Shown piece by piece: positions 62,122 to 64,000 of a stretch of DNA of 64,000 bases. The number at the start of each line of letters is the position of its first letter. Position 1 is the first letter of the stretch. Source of the stretch: Acidimicrobiales bacterium (lineage in GTDB: Bacteria; Actinomycetota; Acidimicrobiia; Acidimicrobiales; JAHWLA01); contig DATLNE010000020.1 in NCBI GenBank assembly GCA_035536915.1, positions 15,044 to 79,043 on the forward strand, in the 5' to 3' direction. A program made the position numbers and the translations under genes. The notes below the pieces were generated by a model. The model worked only from the letters and a program-made list of their open reading frames with translations. It ran no database searches and had not been told where the DNA came from.

Positions 62122-63796
62122 TCGGCACGAGCAGGCCGACTGCCCGGGCGACAACCTCCGTGGCGTAGAACGTGCACATCCGGACCGCCTCAGGCGTGTG
62201 CGCCGACCGGAGGAGGAGCCAGCCCGACAGGACGATGCCGCACAACTCCAGGTAGGCGGTCGCGCCCGCCAACACCTCGTCCACCTCGTCGTGCGAGCGG
62301 GCGACGATCCAGTCGGTTGCTCGCTCGAGGGTACGGAGTGCTTCGCTGACCAGATCGGCGGCAAGACGGAGCTCGGCGGGGGCGGTGGCGACGTCCCGCC
62401 ACGCTTCATCGACCACCAGCGCCAAGGTGGCACCCTTGTCGCGGCGCACCTTGCGGGTGACCAAGTCGACGGCTTGGATGCCGTTCGTCCCTTCGTAGAT
62501 CGGGGCGATACGGCTGTCGCGGAGCCGCTGCGGAACGCCGCTCTCTTCGATGTACCCGAGCCCGCCGTGCACCTGGATGGCGAGCGATGCCATCGCCACG
62601 CCGGTATCGGTGGCCCAGGCCTTGGCGACCGGCGTGAGGAGGTCGAGTCGCGCAAGGGCGCGCTCGCGAGCCGTTACCTCGCCGGCGTATCGGGCATCGT
62701 CGGCAGCCTTGGCCGTGAAGTACAGCAGGTGGCGCATGCCGGCCACGGAAGAGCGCATGGTGAGCAGCATGCGGGCGACATCGGGGTGCTGGGCAATGGG
62801 CGACGACGACCCTGGCGGTGCACCCGGCGCCCGGCCCTGTCGCCGTTCGGCCGCATAGGCCTCGCTCTGCTGCAGAGCCCGCTCGGCCACAGCCAGGCCT
62901 TCGACGCCGACGGCCCGACGAGCGGCGTTCATCATCACGAACATCCCGCGCATGCCGTCGCACACATCACCGACGAGTTCACCGACGGCGTCGGTGAACT
63001 CGAGGACGCACGTCGGGCTGGCGTGGATGCCCAGCTTCTCCTCGAGTTTCAGGCAGCGCACGCTGTTGCGCGCGCCGAGCGACCCGTCGGGGGCAACGTC
63101 GAACTTGGGGACGAGGAACAGCGACAACCCCTTGGTCCCGGGGGGCGCTCCGGGCGTGCGCGCCAGCACCAGGTGCACGATGTTCTCGGCCAGGTCGTGC
63201 TCGCCCCAGGTGATGAAGACCTTTGTGCCGCTGACGCGCCAACGCCCGTCGGCATCCTGCTCGGCACGGGCGCGCACGGCGCCGACGTCGGAGCCGGCAT
63301 CAGGCTCCGTGAGGTTCATCGTGCCCGTCCACTCGCCGGTGACAAGGCGGGGTAGGAACAGCCGCCGTTGTCGTTCGTCGCCGGACGCTGCCAGCAACTC
63401 GACCGCACCCTGGGTGAGCATGGGGCACAAGGACAGGGCCATGCTCGCCGACGTCAACATCTCCTGAACGGCCATGGCGACGACGGCCGGGAGCCCTCCG
63501 CCGCCGTGCTCGACCTCCGCTGCCGGTGCGTTCCACCCGCCGTGGACGACTGCGCGATAGGCCTCGGCGAACCCTGGCGGCGTGGTCACCGCGCCCGTGG
63601 TCGGATCGAGGCGGCTGCCGACTCGGTCGCCCACGGCATCGATCGGCGCGATCACCTTGGCGGCAACGCGGCCGAACTCGGCCAGCAACTCCGACACGGT
63701 GCCCCGGTCGAGTGAAGCGGGGGCGAGCACCTCGTCAGCACCGACGCCGTCGAGCACCGCCTCGATGTCGCGAAGGGGTGGCGCGTAGTCCGTCAC
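62081..63796 (-). CDS. long acyl-CoA dehydrogenase (FadE-type with a C-terminal helical extension)
   Basis: The GTG at 63796 (GTGA overlap) gives VTDYAPPLRDIEAV, 571 aa. MNLTEPDAGSDVG and IYEGTNGIQAVDLV are present. Its 3' end overlaps the esterase gene convergently by 41 nt. Confidence 0.85.
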   Translation of the reverse strand: MTDYAPPLRDIEAVLDGVGADEVLAPASLDRGTVSELLAEFGRVAAKVIAPIDAVGDRVGSRLDPTTGAVTTPPGFAEAYRAVVHGGWNAPAAEVEHGGGGLPAVVAMAVQEMLTSASMALSLCPMLTQGAVELLAASGDERQRRLFLPRLVTGEWTGTMNLTEPDAGSDVGAVRARAEQDADGRWRVSGTKVFITWGEHDLAENIVHLVLARTPGAPPGTKGLSLFLVPKFDVAPDGSLGARNSVRCLKLEEKLGIHASPTCVLEFTDAVGELVGDVCDGMRGMFVMMNAARRAVGVEGLAVAERALQQSEAYAAERRQGRAPGAPPGSSSPIAQHPDVARMLLTMRSSVAGMRHLLYFTAKAADDARYAGEVTARERALARLDLLTPVAKAWATDTGVAMASLAIQVHGGLGYIEESGVPQRLRDSRIAPIYEGTNGIQAVDLVTRKVRRDKGATLALVVDEAWRDVATAPAELRLAADLVSEALRTLERATDWIVARSHDEVDEVLAGATAYLELCGIVLSGWLLLRSAHTPEAVRMCTFYATEVVARAVGLLVPITAGAVRLQPVGG

Positions 63797-64000
63797 CGCT
63801 CGTACTCGTAGAACCCGCGCCCGGTCTTTCGTCCGAGCAAGCCCGCATCCACCATGCGAGACAGCAGTGGCGGCGGTGCGAAGAGCGGCTCCTTGAACTC
63901 CTCGAAGAGCGAGTTCGCCACCGCCGTCGTCGTATCGAGGCCGATGAGGTCCGTGAGCGCGAGCGGGCCCATCGGGTGCGCACACCCCAGGACCATGCCT
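63793..64000 (-). CDS. 3-hydroxyacyl-CoA (3-hydroxybutyryl-CoA) dehydrogenase, C-terminal part only (partial; N-terminus beyond the window end)
   Basis: ...GCAHPMGPLALTDLIGLDTTTAVANSLFEEFKEPLFAPPPLLSRMVDAGLLGRKTGRGFYEYER is the conserved C-terminal dimerisation domain of Hbd/FadB-type dehydrogenases. Confidence 0.85.
   Translation of the reverse strand, partial: GMVLGCAHPMGPLALTDLIGLDTTTAVANSLFEEFKEPLFAPPPLLSRMVDAGLLGRKTGRGFYEYER

Overview
The window is very GC-rich (about 70% by eye, not computed) and gene-dense. I call 57 CDS, two of them cut by the window edges. I saw no rRNA, tRNA, CRISPR array, transposase, integrase or prophage genes. The style looks actinobacterial, which is an inference from F420-type enzyme families, many GTG starts, frequent 4-nt ATGA/GTGA start-stop overlaps and apparent leaderless genes.

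The left 12 kb holds:
- a methyltransferase, an ECF sigma factor with a putative anti-sigma partner, and an orphan FTR1 iron permease;
- an M23 peptidase fused to six tandem repeats;
- an orphan ORF with atypical codon usage, bracketed by hairpins;
- an SDR, a MOSC protein and an MFS transporter;
- a three-gene operon (TasA/camelysin-like protein, Ig-like secreted protein, SipW-type signal peptidase) that converges on a membrane GGDEF cyclase.

The remaining 52 kb is one large catabolic island. It interleaves CoA-thioester genes with sugar genes.
- The CoA-thioester genes are an igr-like / peroxisome-like module for methyl-branched beta-oxidation. Its parts are paired acyl-CoA dehydrogenases, a split MaoC hydratase, MFE-2-type SDRs, an SCPx-type thiolase, an HMGCS-like::DUF35 fusion, an AMACR-like racemase, a PhyH dioxygenase and acyl-CoA synthetases.
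- The sugar genes are a GH2 beta-mannosidase, a D-lyxose/D-mannose isomerase, a PfkB kinase, a class I aldolase, three Gfo/Idh/MocA oxidoreductases and a TIM-barrel isomerase.

Seven intergenic copies of a 14-bp palindrome (TGACAACGTTGTCA, LacI-operator shape) tie these units together, and the only LacI gene sits beside one copy.

The island also contains an AraC regulator, a large LAL/LuxR regulator and a HelD-like helicase with a zinc-ribbon insertion. An unusual Liv/HAAT-type ABC importer is present too, built from a LivH-LivM-LivG triple fusion and an MFS::LivF fusion.

All functions are assigned from motifs I recognised by reading the translations. No database search was possible.
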